Shown here: piece after piece, positions 7,493-15,716 of the stretch
Numbering within the stretch: position 1 is the stretch's first letter
How the letters are laid out: each line of letters starts with the position of its first letter
NCBI GenBank assembly: GCA_045805065.1
Contig: JBJMMA010000198.1
Location: 1-16,063, forward strand
Source: Bdellovibrionia bacterium
GTDB lineage: Bacteria > Bdellovibrionota > UBA1018
Length of the DNA stretch: 16,063 nucleotides
Direction: 5' to 3'
Position numbers and translations under genes: made by a program
Notes under the pieces: generated by a model
Database searches by the model: none
The model's input: the letters and a program-made list of their open reading frames with translations, nothing else
Told to the model about the DNA's origin: nothing

Positions 7493-8685
7493 CTCCAGGA
7501 CCAGGTATCGCAAGAACTCCGCTTCCAAAAGGTTTTACATCCGCGTCTGTGAACTGTGGAGTCCGCAAATATCGTCCAGATCTGGGAATGATTTTCTCGG
7601 ATCGTGATTGCGTTGCCGCAGGGATGTTCACTGAGAACACCAGCAAGGCGGCATGCGTGCTTTACTCGCAGAAGATTCTTCCATCGAGTCACGTGCGTGC
7701 AGTCGTCACCAACAGCGGCCAGGCAAATGCTGCAACCGGTGAGCGCGGACGCGTGGACAACTGGAAGATGGCCGTCGCTGCAGCTCATGCGGCAGGATGC
7801 CTTCCACATCAAGTGCTCACGGCCTCCACTGGCGTGATCGGTCAGCATCTTGAGATCGAAAAAATCCAAGAAGGTCTTTTAAATCTTGCTGAGCGCGCAA
7901 GCGCCCACGCAGAGCCTTTCGCAGTCTCTATTTTGACCACGGACCTTGTGCCAAAGACCGTGACGACGACCGTGAAGCTCAGCGGTGGCGAGATTCGCAT
8001 CACCGGCATCTGCAAAGGATCAGGAATGATCCACCCGAACATGGCTACCATGTTGGGCTATCTTTTGACGGATGCTGATATCCCAGTCGACATGGCAAAG
8101 CCGCTTCTTCAGGAAGCAACGCAAGTCAGCTTCAACATGATCAGCGTCGATGGAGACACGTCCACGAATGACTCTGTTTTCTTCCTCGCAAACGGCGCAA
8201 GCGAAGTCAAAGTTGAGTCCGTGGATGACATGATCTTGTTCCGTAAGGCACTCGTTGAAGTCGCTCAATTCCTTGCTCAATCCATCGCACGTGACGGCGA
8301 AGGCGCAACGAAGCTTGTCGAAGTGAGCCTCCAAGGCGCGCCTGATGTCGATCTTGCACGCCGCGCAGCTCGCTCAATCGTCTTGAGTCCGCTCATCAAG
8401 TCGGCGATCCACGGCGAAGATCCAAATTGGGGCCGTATCCTGGCTCGTTTGGGTGCAGAGAAGGTACCAGAGGATTGCCTCTCCAACATGACGCTTGAGA
8501 TCCAGGACGCAACGCTCTTCCGTTCGGGAGCTCCAGCACTCTTTGATCGCAACGAAGTCAGAATGCGTTTGAAGTCCGATACGGTTCGCATCAAGGTTTC
8601 GCTCAACTCGGGCGCCCATGAAGCAACGGCTTGGGGCTGTGATCTTTCCAAGAAATACGTCGACATCAATGCGGAGTACACTTGA
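7489..8685 (+). CDS. argJ: Ornithine acetyltransferase (glutamate N-acetyltransferase)
   Basis: KGSGMIHPNMATML autoproteolysis site, VDGDTSTND, IARDGEGATK, DPNWGRI; ATGA overlap with argC. Confidence 0.98.
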   Translation: MTPGPGIARTPLPKGFTSASVNCGVRKYRPDLGMIFSDRDCVAAGMFTENTSKAACVLYSQKILPSSHVRAVVTNSGQANAATGERGRVDNWKMAVAAAHAAGCLPHQVLTASTGVIGQHLEIEKIQEGLLNLAERASAHAEPFAVSILTTDLVPKTVTTTVKLSGGEIRITGICKGSGMIHPNMATMLGYLLTDADIPVDMAKPLLQEATQVSFNMISVDGDTSTNDSVFFLANGASEVKVESVDDMILFRKALVEVAQFLAQSIARDGEGATKLVEVSLQGAPDVDLARRAARSIVLSPLIKSAIHGEDPNWGRILARLGAEKVPEDCLSNMTLEIQDATLFRSGAPALFDRNEVRMRLKSDTVRIKVSLNSGAHEATAWGCDLSKKYVDINAEYT

Positions 8686-9548
8686 ACACGCAAAACGTTC
8701 TCAGCACGCTGAATTACGTGCGGCGTTTTGCCGGCACTACCGTCCTGATCAAACTGGGCGGCGCGGCTCTTCAAGACGAAAAGCTTGTCGAGTCGATCTG
8801 TGAAGATCTGACCTTGATCCGTTCCGTCGGAGTCTCGGTCGTGATCGTTCACGGCGGCGGCCCATCGATCAATCAAGAGCTCACGTCTCGTGGGATCTCC
8901 TGGGAGTTCGTCGAAGGCCAGCGTGTGACGACTCCACAGATGATGGATGTGATTGAGATGGTTCTGTGTGGTTCAGTGAACCGCAGAATGGTTCGCACGC
9001 TCAATAGTGCAGGCGTGGCAGCAGTCGGACTCTCAGGCGTTGATGCTCAAACGTTGCTTTGCCGCCAGTCGGACGCTCGTTTGGGTCAGGTAGGCCAGAT
9101 CGATGCCGTGAATACGGAGTATCTTGAGTCGCTTCTCAAGTCTCCATCCGGCGCAATCCCAGTGATCGCGCCTGTTGGAATCGGAAAGAACGGCGAAGCG
9201 TACAATATCAACGCCGACTGGGCTGCTAGTCGAATTGCTCAAGCGCTGGGCATCGAAAAGCTTTTGTTCCTGACCGACCAGGACGGGATCCTGGACGGTA
9301 ACAAGAAACTCATCGCTGAGCTTGATGCAGGCGAACTTGAAAACCTCATCGAGACCGGCGTGGTTCTGGGTGGGATGCTTGCCAAAGTCCGCACTATTCT
9401 TCACGCGCTTAGAAATGGCGTGAAAGACGTACACGTCCTCAATGCACGCCGTCCTCACGGACTGATTGAAGAACTTTTCACGAACGAGGGCGTTGGAACG
9501 GCTTGCCGACTTCGTTCTCGTTCCCAAACACATAAGCAGGAGTCTTGA
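8682..9548 (+). CDS. argB: Acetylglutamate kinase
   Basis: IKLGG, VHGGGPSI, GQRVT, YNINAD, GGMLAKV, ELFTNEGVGT; TTG start overlaps the argJ TGA. Confidence 0.97.
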   Translation: MNTQNVLSTLNYVRRFAGTTVLIKLGGAALQDEKLVESICEDLTLIRSVGVSVVIVHGGGPSINQELTSRGISWEFVEGQRVTTPQMMDVIEMVLCGSVNRRMVRTLNSAGVAAVGLSGVDAQTLLCRQSDARLGQVGQIDAVNTEYLESLLKSPSGAIPVIAPVGIGKNGEAYNINADWAASRIAQALGIEKLLFLTDQDGILDGNKKLIAELDAGELENLIETGVVLGGMLAKVRTILHALRNGVKDVHVLNARRPHGLIEELFTNEGVGTACRLRSRSQTHKQES

Positions 9549-9551
9549 TCC

Positions 9552-10478
9552 ATGCTGAAACTGAAAACCAAACATGTTCTGACCGGTGAAGAGCTTTCTG
9601 CTGACGAGCTCAGCGGACTTCTTGATGCAGCCCAAGCGCTTGCAGACGAGAGAAAGCAAGGCCGTACTCGTACGGATCTTGCCGGCAAGTGCCTGACTCT
9701 TCTTTTCGATAAGCCATCGCTTCGTACGCGCGTGAGCTTCACGGCCGCGATGCAAGAAGCAGGCGGAAATGTGATTGAGTGCCTCTCCTCAACCCGCAAG
9801 AGCGAAGAGCCAGAAGACGTCGCTAAAGTCCTGGGTGGCTATTGCCATGCCGTGATGATTCGCACGCATGAGCACAAGATCGTTGAGCGCATGGCTGCGG
9901 CATCTCCGATTCCAATCATCAATGGCTTGTCTGATTCGCATCATCCTTGCCAGGTAATGGCCGATCTCCTGACTCTGCGCCAAAGCTTTGGTTCTCTCCA
10001 AGGTCTTGAGTTTGCTTATGTGGGCGATGGCAACAACATGCTTCATAGCCTGCTGCTCCTTCTTCCATTCATGGGAGTCAAAGTTCGCTACGCTTGCCCT
10101 GCAGGCTATGAGCCGAGCGCTTTCATCGTCAAGCAAGCCCGCAAGCGCGCCAAAGAAGGCGGTGGATCCATTGAAGCATGCGCTGATCCAGTTCAGGCAG
10201 TGAAAGGCGCAAGCGCGGTTTACACCGACGTGTGGACCAGCATGGGCTTTGAGAAGGAAGAAAAGGATCGCGAGAGAGCGTTTGCTGACTTCCAGTTGAA
10301 TGAGTCACTCTTTGCGCACGCTGCTTCTAACGCCATTATCATGCACTGCATGCCGATGGAGCGTGGCAAGGAAATCTCTGAAACTCTGGCAAATCATCCA
10401 TCCACTGTTTTCTACCGCCAGAGTGAAAACCGCCTGCATGCGCAGAAAGCGCTCTTGCTGGGACTTTTGGGTAAATAG
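9552..10478 (+). CDS. argF: Ornithine carbamoyltransferase
   Basis: FDKPSLRT, INGLSD, HPCQ, YVGDGNN, YTDVWTSMG (SMG loop), HCMP, QSENRLHAQKA. Confidence 0.95.
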   Translation: MLKLKTKHVLTGEELSADELSGLLDAAQALADERKQGRTRTDLAGKCLTLLFDKPSLRTRVSFTAAMQEAGGNVIECLSSTRKSEEPEDVAKVLGGYCHAVMIRTHEHKIVERMAAASPIPIINGLSDSHHPCQVMADLLTLRQSFGSLQGLEFAYVGDGNNMLHSLLLLLPFMGVKVRYACPAGYEPSAFIVKQARKRAKEGGGSIEACADPVQAVKGASAVYTDVWTSMGFEKEEKDRERAFADFQLNESLFAHAASNAIIMHCMPMERGKEISETLANHPSTVFYRQSENRLHAQKALLLGLLGK

Positions 10479-10491
10479 ATAGAAGTGAAAT

Positions 10492-10965
10492 ATGAGACAA
10501 ATGGGTGCTAATACTGATTCCAGATCCAGGCTGGATGCTCTGAGAGGCCTTCTCAGTGAAGGCATGATGAGCTCTCAAGAGGAACTCAGGGAGAAGCTTG
10601 AGCGGATGGACTTTGCGGTCACGCAGTCCACTGTGTCGCGTGACTTGCGCAAGCTTGGAGCGGTGAAAGCGATCGATCCGGATGGTCGCACAGTCTACCG
10701 TTTGGGCGATGAAGCTCCAGCACCCCTTGCCACGACCTCGCTTGCTGATCTCATCATCGATATTCAACACAATCTTTCGATGATCGTGCTGCATACGACG
10801 CCGGGTTCGGCATCCCTCATTGCGCGCCACCTGGATCACTTCAAGCCCGCTGGAATTCTTGGCACTATTGCTGGCGATGATACGATTTTTATCGCCCCTG
10901 CAGCTGAGCGCGATGTACGCGAGACGATCGAAGAGATTCAAAGATCTTTCGAAGCCGCCTTCTGA
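10492..10965 (+). CDS. argR: Arginine repressor
   Basis: SQEEL, VTQSTVSRDLRKLG winged helix, GTIAGDDTIF arginine-binding motif. Confidence 0.97.
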   Translation: MRQMGANTDSRSRLDALRGLLSEGMMSSQEELREKLERMDFAVTQSTVSRDLRKLGAVKAIDPDGRTVYRLGDEAPAPLATTSLADLIIDIQHNLSMIVLHTTPGSASLIARHLDHFKPAGILGTIAGDDTIFIAPAAERDVRETIEEIQRSFEAAF

Positions 10966-12062
10966 CCGCCAGCCTTCATATATTTCTCGAACGTGGCAAT
11001 CAGGCGTGAATTGAACTCATCGAGGTTCAAGTTTTTTTCCTCTCCCCGCGTACTGATTTCTATCCTTTCGCCTATAGCTTTTAAGAGAGACTCTAATAGG
11101 TGTTCAGGATGGTGCATGATCTCCGGGTTTTTGAGATAATTTTGATAAAGATACGAACGTACGGGAGAGTAAGCCTTATGGACACCACTTTTCCCCCAAC
11201 CCTTAATTGAGTGCTCTGCAGAGAAGTCTCGGTCTATATCATTCAGTACGTTCGATATGGCCTTCGGATCTTTTGCTGCAACGACTGCGATGGTATCCGC
11301 GAATAACTCATCGTATGAGCCAGTGCCACCCATAGAGCTGTAATCAGCATTATCTATAATAAGTTTCGTATTTATCGGCTCGATTATTTCGTTCAGCCGT
11401 TTCAGTTCATTACTGAGATAGTGTAATTCTAATTTTAAGTCGGGGCGTTCAAGAAACAGTTCTGGATTTTTCTGATACTTCTTGAAGAGCGAGTTCCATT
11501 TTTTACGTACAGCAGATCTTTCCGATGCCAGCTGTTTCACGATTGCCAGAGATTTTGGATCAAAGGCTGGTCTATAGGAAGGGGCATATCTTAAAATGTT
11601 TGCTCTAAACACCTGATGCCCATACTCGTGCTGAAAGGCGGGCTTTGTGGCATTTTGTAGAACATGCGTTGCCTTTTCGCTAGAGGTCTTTAAGTCATCT
11701 AGTCCTTCCCCAAAGAAGGCCGAAAATTTGATGTTACCCGCAGGACTCGCCTCGGCAGTCATTCCGCGCGGGCTGATATCAAGATAAATGAATTCTGGCG
11801 GCGTGAGATTGCCCAAATGTTCATTCACTTCCTGGACCCAGTTATGAATTTTTCTCACCATACGAGGAGGGACACCTCGCTCCCAGGTGCTGATCTCTAT
11901 TTTTGTCGCCGATCCTTCTGCCTGCTTAAGTTTGGAAAATGATTGATCTAGCCAGCGAATCACACAATTGGCATAGGGATTTGCAGATGCCTGATTGCTT
12001 CCGAGAATCAATAGCACCCAAATTGGGCTCAAGATCTTGCGAAGTATCTTGATGGACTTCAT
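10938..12062 (-). CDS. Secreted hypothetical protein with zincin-like HExxH motif (putative metallopeptidase)
   Basis: ORF 10938..12164. Start moved to ATG 12062 (MKSIKILRKILSPIWVLLILGSNQASA, signal-like). FQHEYGHQVF plus downstream YDELFAD. Overlaps the argR 3' end by 28 bp. Confidence 0.75.
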   Translation of the reverse strand: MKSIKILRKILSPIWVLLILGSNQASANPYANCVIRWLDQSFSKLKQAEGSATKIEISTWERGVPPRMVRKIHNWVQEVNEHLGNLTPPEFIYLDISPRGMTAEASPAGNIKFSAFFGEGLDDLKTSSEKATHVLQNATKPAFQHEYGHQVFRANILRYAPSYRPAFDPKSLAIVKQLASERSAVRKKWNSLFKKYQKNPELFLERPDLKLELHYLSNELKRLNEIIEPINTKLIIDNADYSSMGGTGSYDELFADTIAVVAAKDPKAISNVLNDIDRDFSAEHSIKGWGKSGVHKAYSPVRSYLYQNYLKNPEIMHHPEHLLESLLKAIGERIEISTRGEEKNLNLDEFNSRLIATFEKYMKAGGQKAASKDL

Positions 12063-12069
12063 CAATTTC

Positions 12070-12077
12070 TTATCGGA
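12070..12077 (-). promoter_or_regulatory. Putative sigma-28/FliA-type -10 element (TCCGATAA)
   Basis: 7/8 match to GCCGATAA, 7 nt upstream of ATG 12062. Confidence 0.5.
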
Positions 12078-12191
12078 CCAGTGGTTCATATTATAAAGTT
12101 TCGTTGGTGAAATTATGGCTGTGTCGGCGGCGACACAATCGACGAGACACTGAAAGAAAGGCATTATGATGGAGATGATGCCGGGTGATGG

Positions 12192-13208
12192 ATGAAGTGC
12201 TCCTACTTTCTGCTATTTCAAGTAGTCGCCAGCCTGTTTTTCACTTCGGTATACTCTGCGGATGTCAACACGACTCGCTGTATGATCAGTTCTCTACAAG
12301 GGTCGTTGAAGAAGATCGATCATCCGGATCTGGCAAAAGTTTCTGAGTATCTCGATAAAATCGGCGTTCCACACGAGATTCAGGAATTGGAAGGCCTGCA
12401 CCAAGTGATTCGCCTTTTACCGTCATCGAATCGCAACGCGTTTTCCTGGACAAAAATGGCAGCCCAGCTTGAAAGCAAGCATGGGGTTCCTGTTTATATC
12501 GATCCATTGATTCCCAAGGATCAAGGATTTCAAGCCGCTGCGATTCGGATTCGTCCGGATTCTCCCACCATCATTGCGTTGGATACAGATTTCGTGATGG
12601 GAGACCCGGAAATCGTAAAAGTGCTTTTGGCGCATGAGGCGGTTCATGCGACTGGACTCAAACGGGTTTTGAAGGGAAAAGCTGGGCCAGACAATGAATT
12701 AAGAATGATTTTCAGGACCGATGGATACTCATTGCACGACGGACTGAGCGATCTCGGCCCTTATGCTCAGTACTTTTCTGTAGATGAAGTGAAGACCTAC
12801 GCCAAGCAGGGGAAAATTCTAAAGACCCTGTCGCAAAGCAAAGACGTGAAATTTCAGCAATTGTCCCGAGATCAGGTGTCAGCGGTATCCGACAACTCTC
12901 TCAAGGCTTCAAAAAGATTTTCGCAGGCCAGCCAGGATCTTCTGACCGAGGCTGAAGAGTTTTTGAAAAAGAATCAGGATACTGAAGCGGTCAAAGTCAA
13001 TCCACGCATCGAAGGCGGCGTGAAAGAAGTCTTTGATGTGGTGATCAAAATAAGCCGGCCAGGATACGGGCGTTACAAATTAGAGCCGATCTATCTTGAA
13101 ATTCCTTTGTACGACGCGGAGGCAGCCAAGACTGGAAGCATTTCTGATCTGAATCAAAAGCTTTTGAACATTATCCGAGCTGCGAAAAAGACGCTTCAAG
13201 AATACTGA
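12192..13208 (+). CDS. Secreted hypothetical protein with zincin-like HExxH motif
   Basis: 338-aa ORF; signal-like N-terminus (…SLFFTSVYSA-D); LLAHEAVHA; later FSVDEVKTY as a possible third-ligand Glu. Confidence 0.75.
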   Translation: MKCSYFLLFQVVASLFFTSVYSADVNTTRCMISSLQGSLKKIDHPDLAKVSEYLDKIGVPHEIQELEGLHQVIRLLPSSNRNAFSWTKMAAQLESKHGVPVYIDPLIPKDQGFQAAAIRIRPDSPTIIALDTDFVMGDPEIVKVLLAHEAVHATGLKRVLKGKAGPDNELRMIFRTDGYSLHDGLSDLGPYAQYFSVDEVKTYAKQGKILKTLSQSKDVKFQQLSRDQVSAVSDNSLKASKRFSQASQDLLTEAEEFLKKNQDTEAVKVNPRIEGGVKEVFDVVIKISRPGYGRYKLEPIYLEIPLYDAEAAKTGSISDLNQKLLNIIRAAKKTLQEY

Positions 13209-13253
13209 AAAAAAGAATGGCCCGTTGGAGCGATGAGGAGCCACGGGCCATTC
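13208..13253 (-). terminator. Rho-independent terminator of the phasin-like gene (possibly bidirectional)
   Basis: Perfect 11-bp inverted repeat GAATGGCCCGT (13215-13225) / ACGGGCCATTC (13243-13253) with a 7-A run at 13208-13214, which reads as a U-tract on the minus strand; lies between convergent genes. Confidence 0.8.
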
Positions 13254-13298
13254 GCCGGCAACGATAGGCCGGTATACGCTGTGAAAAAATTTCGGTGA

Positions 13299-13598
13299 TT
13301 AACCGTTGAAGCCGCGCATCGTGCGATCGGTCGCTTCGTATGCGTTTTTCTTGACGGTCTCGGTCATGGTCCAGCCGTACTTGGCGTACTCTTGAGTGAG
13401 CTTCATCGTTTCGGTCATCTGGTTCTGGTAGAACTCAGTCATTGCCTGACCCAGGCCGATGCTCTTATCGAGGACAAACTGAGCGGTGCGTACTTGAAGC
13501 CCCAGAAGGTCGCGGAAAGAGTCGGCAAAACCATTCTGCCAGTTGAAGCCAGATTGATTTCCCGTCGTCTCGGAATGCGGTTTATTGTTTGTGCTCAT
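13299..13598 (-). CDS. Small helical protein, probable phasin (PHA granule-associated)
   Basis: 99 aa, amphipathic-helix pattern, strong AAAGGA RBS, own terminator, directly downstream of phaR. Function is from context only. Confidence 0.6.
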   Translation of the reverse strand: MSTNNKPHSETTGNQSGFNWQNGFADSFRDLLGLQVRTAQFVLDKSIGLGQAMTEFYQNQMTETMKLTQEYAKYGWTMTETVKKNAYEATDRTMRGFNG

Positions 13599-13662
13599 GG
13601 ATTAGGTTCCTTTCTTAATCTTGAGCTCAGTCTGCCACAAGACCGGGCACTATCAAGAAAGG

Positions 13663-13700
13663 ATTTTTGCAAATGCGGAAAAATTTCCGCTCCCGCAAAA
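13663..13700. promoter_or_regulatory. Dyad element; candidate PhaR operator or RNA hairpin upstream of the phasin-like gene
   Basis: TTTTGC-N4-GCGGAAA-AA-TTTCCGC-N4-GCAAAA (13665-13700); left half is 18/21 identical to 14228-14248. Confidence 0.6.
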
Positions 13701-14186
13701 TTACTTGGAGTTTCGACGACTTGTGGAACCGGACTTTTTCTTTTTAGCCTCAGAATCCGTTTCGGAGGGCGTCATTTGCGGTGAGCTGGCGCTGCTTGTC
13801 ATCCACTGGAAGAATGGATTCGCGCTCTGGAGCATCTTGAAGTTCTGTTGAAAGCTCTCAAACATTTTCATGCTCTGGTCGACGTAATTTGACCAAAAAC
13901 TGTTTAAAGCCTGCTCATTGAGACGGATCATCTGCTCAAGCATTTCGACGGGAAAATGCTGGGCGCGGCCGTTTTCCAGCAAAATTTGAGTGAGAACTTC
14001 GGATGTGATGTCCTCTTCTGTTTCCGCATCGGTCACTTGAACTCTTTTGCCGCTGCGCACGACTGAGGCAAGCTCGGCAAGCGTGACAAATCGAGTCTCA
14101 GCTGAAGAGTAGAGGCGGCGGTTGCCATACTTCTTGATGTGAATCACTTCGGTTTGATTGTTTCCACCATCTCGCTGTTGCGTCAT
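13701..14186 (-). CDS. phaR: Polyhydroxyalkanoate synthesis regulator/repressor
   Basis: IKKYGNRRLYSSAETRFVTL…VTDAETEEDITSEVLTQILLE is the PHB-accumulation regulator DNA-binding domain. ATG 14186 preferred, with AGGGTGG upstream. Confidence 0.93.
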   Translation of the reverse strand: MTQQRDGGNNQTEVIHIKKYGNRRLYSSAETRFVTLAELASVVRSGKRVQVTDAETEEDITSEVLTQILLENGRAQHFPVEMLEQMIRLNEQALNSFWSNYVDQSMKMFESFQQNFKMLQSANPFFQWMTSSASSPQMTPSETDSEAKKKKSGSTSRRNSK

Positions 14187-14227
14187 AGAGCCCACCCTAT
14201 AATTAAACTAGGCGAGATTGGCGAATT

Positions 14228-14259
14228 ATTTATGCAAATGCACAAAAAGAATGTTGTGC
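14228..14259. promoter_or_regulatory. Candidate PhaR operator in the phaR/phaE divergent region
   Basis: TGC-AAAT-GCACAA plus inverted repeat GCACAA-N8-TTGTGC (14240-14259); resembles TGC-N3/4-GCA PhaR sites. Confidence 0.55.
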
Positions 14260-14310
14260 CGAGCCGCTTCAATGTTGGAAAATGGGCCTGGGCCAATCGA
14301 GGAGAATGCT

Positions 14311-14661
14311 ATGCTGAAACTTGAGCAGTTCGAAAAAGGTCTGGACGAAAATCTTGAAAAGGTTCTCAAGAACCCGCTCTTCCTTCAGGCAGTCGGCACA
14401 GCACTGAATCTCAATTCATACCGAAAGGCCTGGATGAATCAGGCGCTCACCAGCAGCTGGAAGCTTCTTCAGCTTCCGAACAAGCGCGACCAGGAGCGTA
14501 CTCTTCATCTGATCAACGAGCTTCATCATCGAATCGCTGAACTTGAGGCCAAGTTGGATGAGTCGCGTGAGATGGCAATGGAGAGTGAATCGAAAACGGA
14601 AAGCCGGATTTCGCTTAAGAAGAAGACACTGAACGGTTCTGAACTTCGATCCATCCAGTAA
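14311..14661 (+). CDS. phaE: Short PhaE-like PHA synthase accessory subunit (116 aa)
   Basis: GGAG RBS before ATG 14311. WKLLQLPNKRDQERTLHLINELHHRIAELEAKL resembles the C-terminal LPxR + coiled-coil motif of PhaE/class IV PhaR subunits. Lies 11 bp upstream of phaC. Confidence 0.65.
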   Translation: MLKLEQFEKGLDENLEKVLKNPLFLQAVGTALNLNSYRKAWMNQALTSSWKLLQLPNKRDQERTLHLINELHHRIAELEAKLDESREMAMESESKTESRISLKKKTLNGSELRSIQ

Positions 14662-14672
14662 ACCCAATTTTA

Positions 14673-15716
14673 ATGCAGATCCTTGCTGAAACTTCTCAAA
14701 CCCATTTAAGCGAACGTGATGCGACAGGGCCATTGTCCGCATTGAAGAAGGCGCTTTCCATTGGGAGCACGCCGGCGCAGGTTATTCACCAGGAGGGATC
14801 GCTCAGCCTTCTGAGATACGAACAGAGCGAATCGCTTTCAGATGCGGTTGTAGGCAAGCCTGTCCTGCTCATTCCCTCACTGATTAATCGTCACTACATT
14901 CTTGATCTTCTGCCCGGCAAGAGCCTTGTTGAATATCTCGTTTCAAAAGGTCATTCCGTCTACCTGATTCGATGGGAGACACCGGGAGATGAAGAGCGTT
15001 GGCTCACGGCCGAGCGCTTGATCGGAGGAAGGATCCATCGCGCGGTTTCTGCTGTCATGCGTGATGCGGGGTCTGATCAGATTCATTTGCTGGGGCAGTG
15101 TATTGGCGGCACTCTAGCCACCGCCTACGCCATTCGTTATCCAGAGCGCATCAAGCGTCTGGCACTCATCACGGCACCTGTTGATTTCGCAAAGGCAGGC
15201 ACAATTGGTGTATGGGCCAAAGCACCGGCACTGGATCTGGATGCCTTGATGGATGCTTACGGAAATATGCCCTGGCCTTTGATGCAGGCGGCTTTTCATC
15301 TCCTCAGGCCCGGAGCCACGATTGGAAAGTATCTCCGCGCCTCGCGAAGGATGACTGATCGGGCCTTTTTGCGAAGCTTTGCAGCGCTTGAGATCTGGGC
15401 CAATGACAATGTTTCCTTTCCGGGCTCTTGCTACCGTACGTTGATTCAGACTTTCTATCGCGAGAACGGGCTGACAAGTGGCGCTCTTCGCATTGACGGA
15501 CAGGTGATTCGCCTCCAAGACTTGTGTGTTCCAGTCATGAGTCTTTCTTCGTCCGCTGATCATATCGTCCCGGTTGAGACAACTCTTCAGCCTAAGCATT
15601 TGGAGACAGGTTCGGAACTTTGTTTGATTCAGTCTGACGGTGGCCACATCGGTTGCCTGCTCGGAAAAAAGGCGCAAAGCGAGCTTTGGCCAAGGATTTC
15701 ACAATGGCTGAACTAG
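14673..15716 (+). CDS. phaC: Poly(3-hydroxyalkanoate) synthase catalytic subunit, class III/IV size
   Basis: 347 aa; IGSTP, PSLINRHYILDL.PGKSLVEYL, lipase-like box GQCIGG (catalytic Cys), APVDF, DHIVP (Asp), GGHIG (His). Confidence 0.9.
   Translation: MQILAETSQTHLSERDATGPLSALKKALSIGSTPAQVIHQEGSLSLLRYEQSESLSDAVVGKPVLLIPSLINRHYILDLLPGKSLVEYLVSKGHSVYLIRWETPGDEERWLTAERLIGGRIHRAVSAVMRDAGSDQIHLLGQCIGGTLATAYAIRYPERIKRLALITAPVDFAKAGTIGVWAKAPALDLDALMDAYGNMPWPLMQAAFHLLRPGATIGKYLRASRRMTDRAFLRSFAALEIWANDNVSFPGSCYRTLIQTFYRENGLTSGALRIDGQVIRLQDLCVPVMSLSSSADHIVPVETTLQPKHLETGSELCLIQSDGGHIGCLLGKKAQSELWPRISQWLN

Noticed and set aside
9552..10478. N-acetylornithine/N-succinylornithine carbamoyltransferase (argF') call
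   Set aside because: The SMG loop is present and the cluster has argJ rather than argE, consistent with ornithine as substrate.
3632..10941. Long antisense or alternative-frame ORFs over arg genes (e.g. 5357..6208, 4622..5287, 9033..9755, 10339..10941)
   Set aside because: They overlap well-conserved enzymes almost entirely and show no recognisable motifs.
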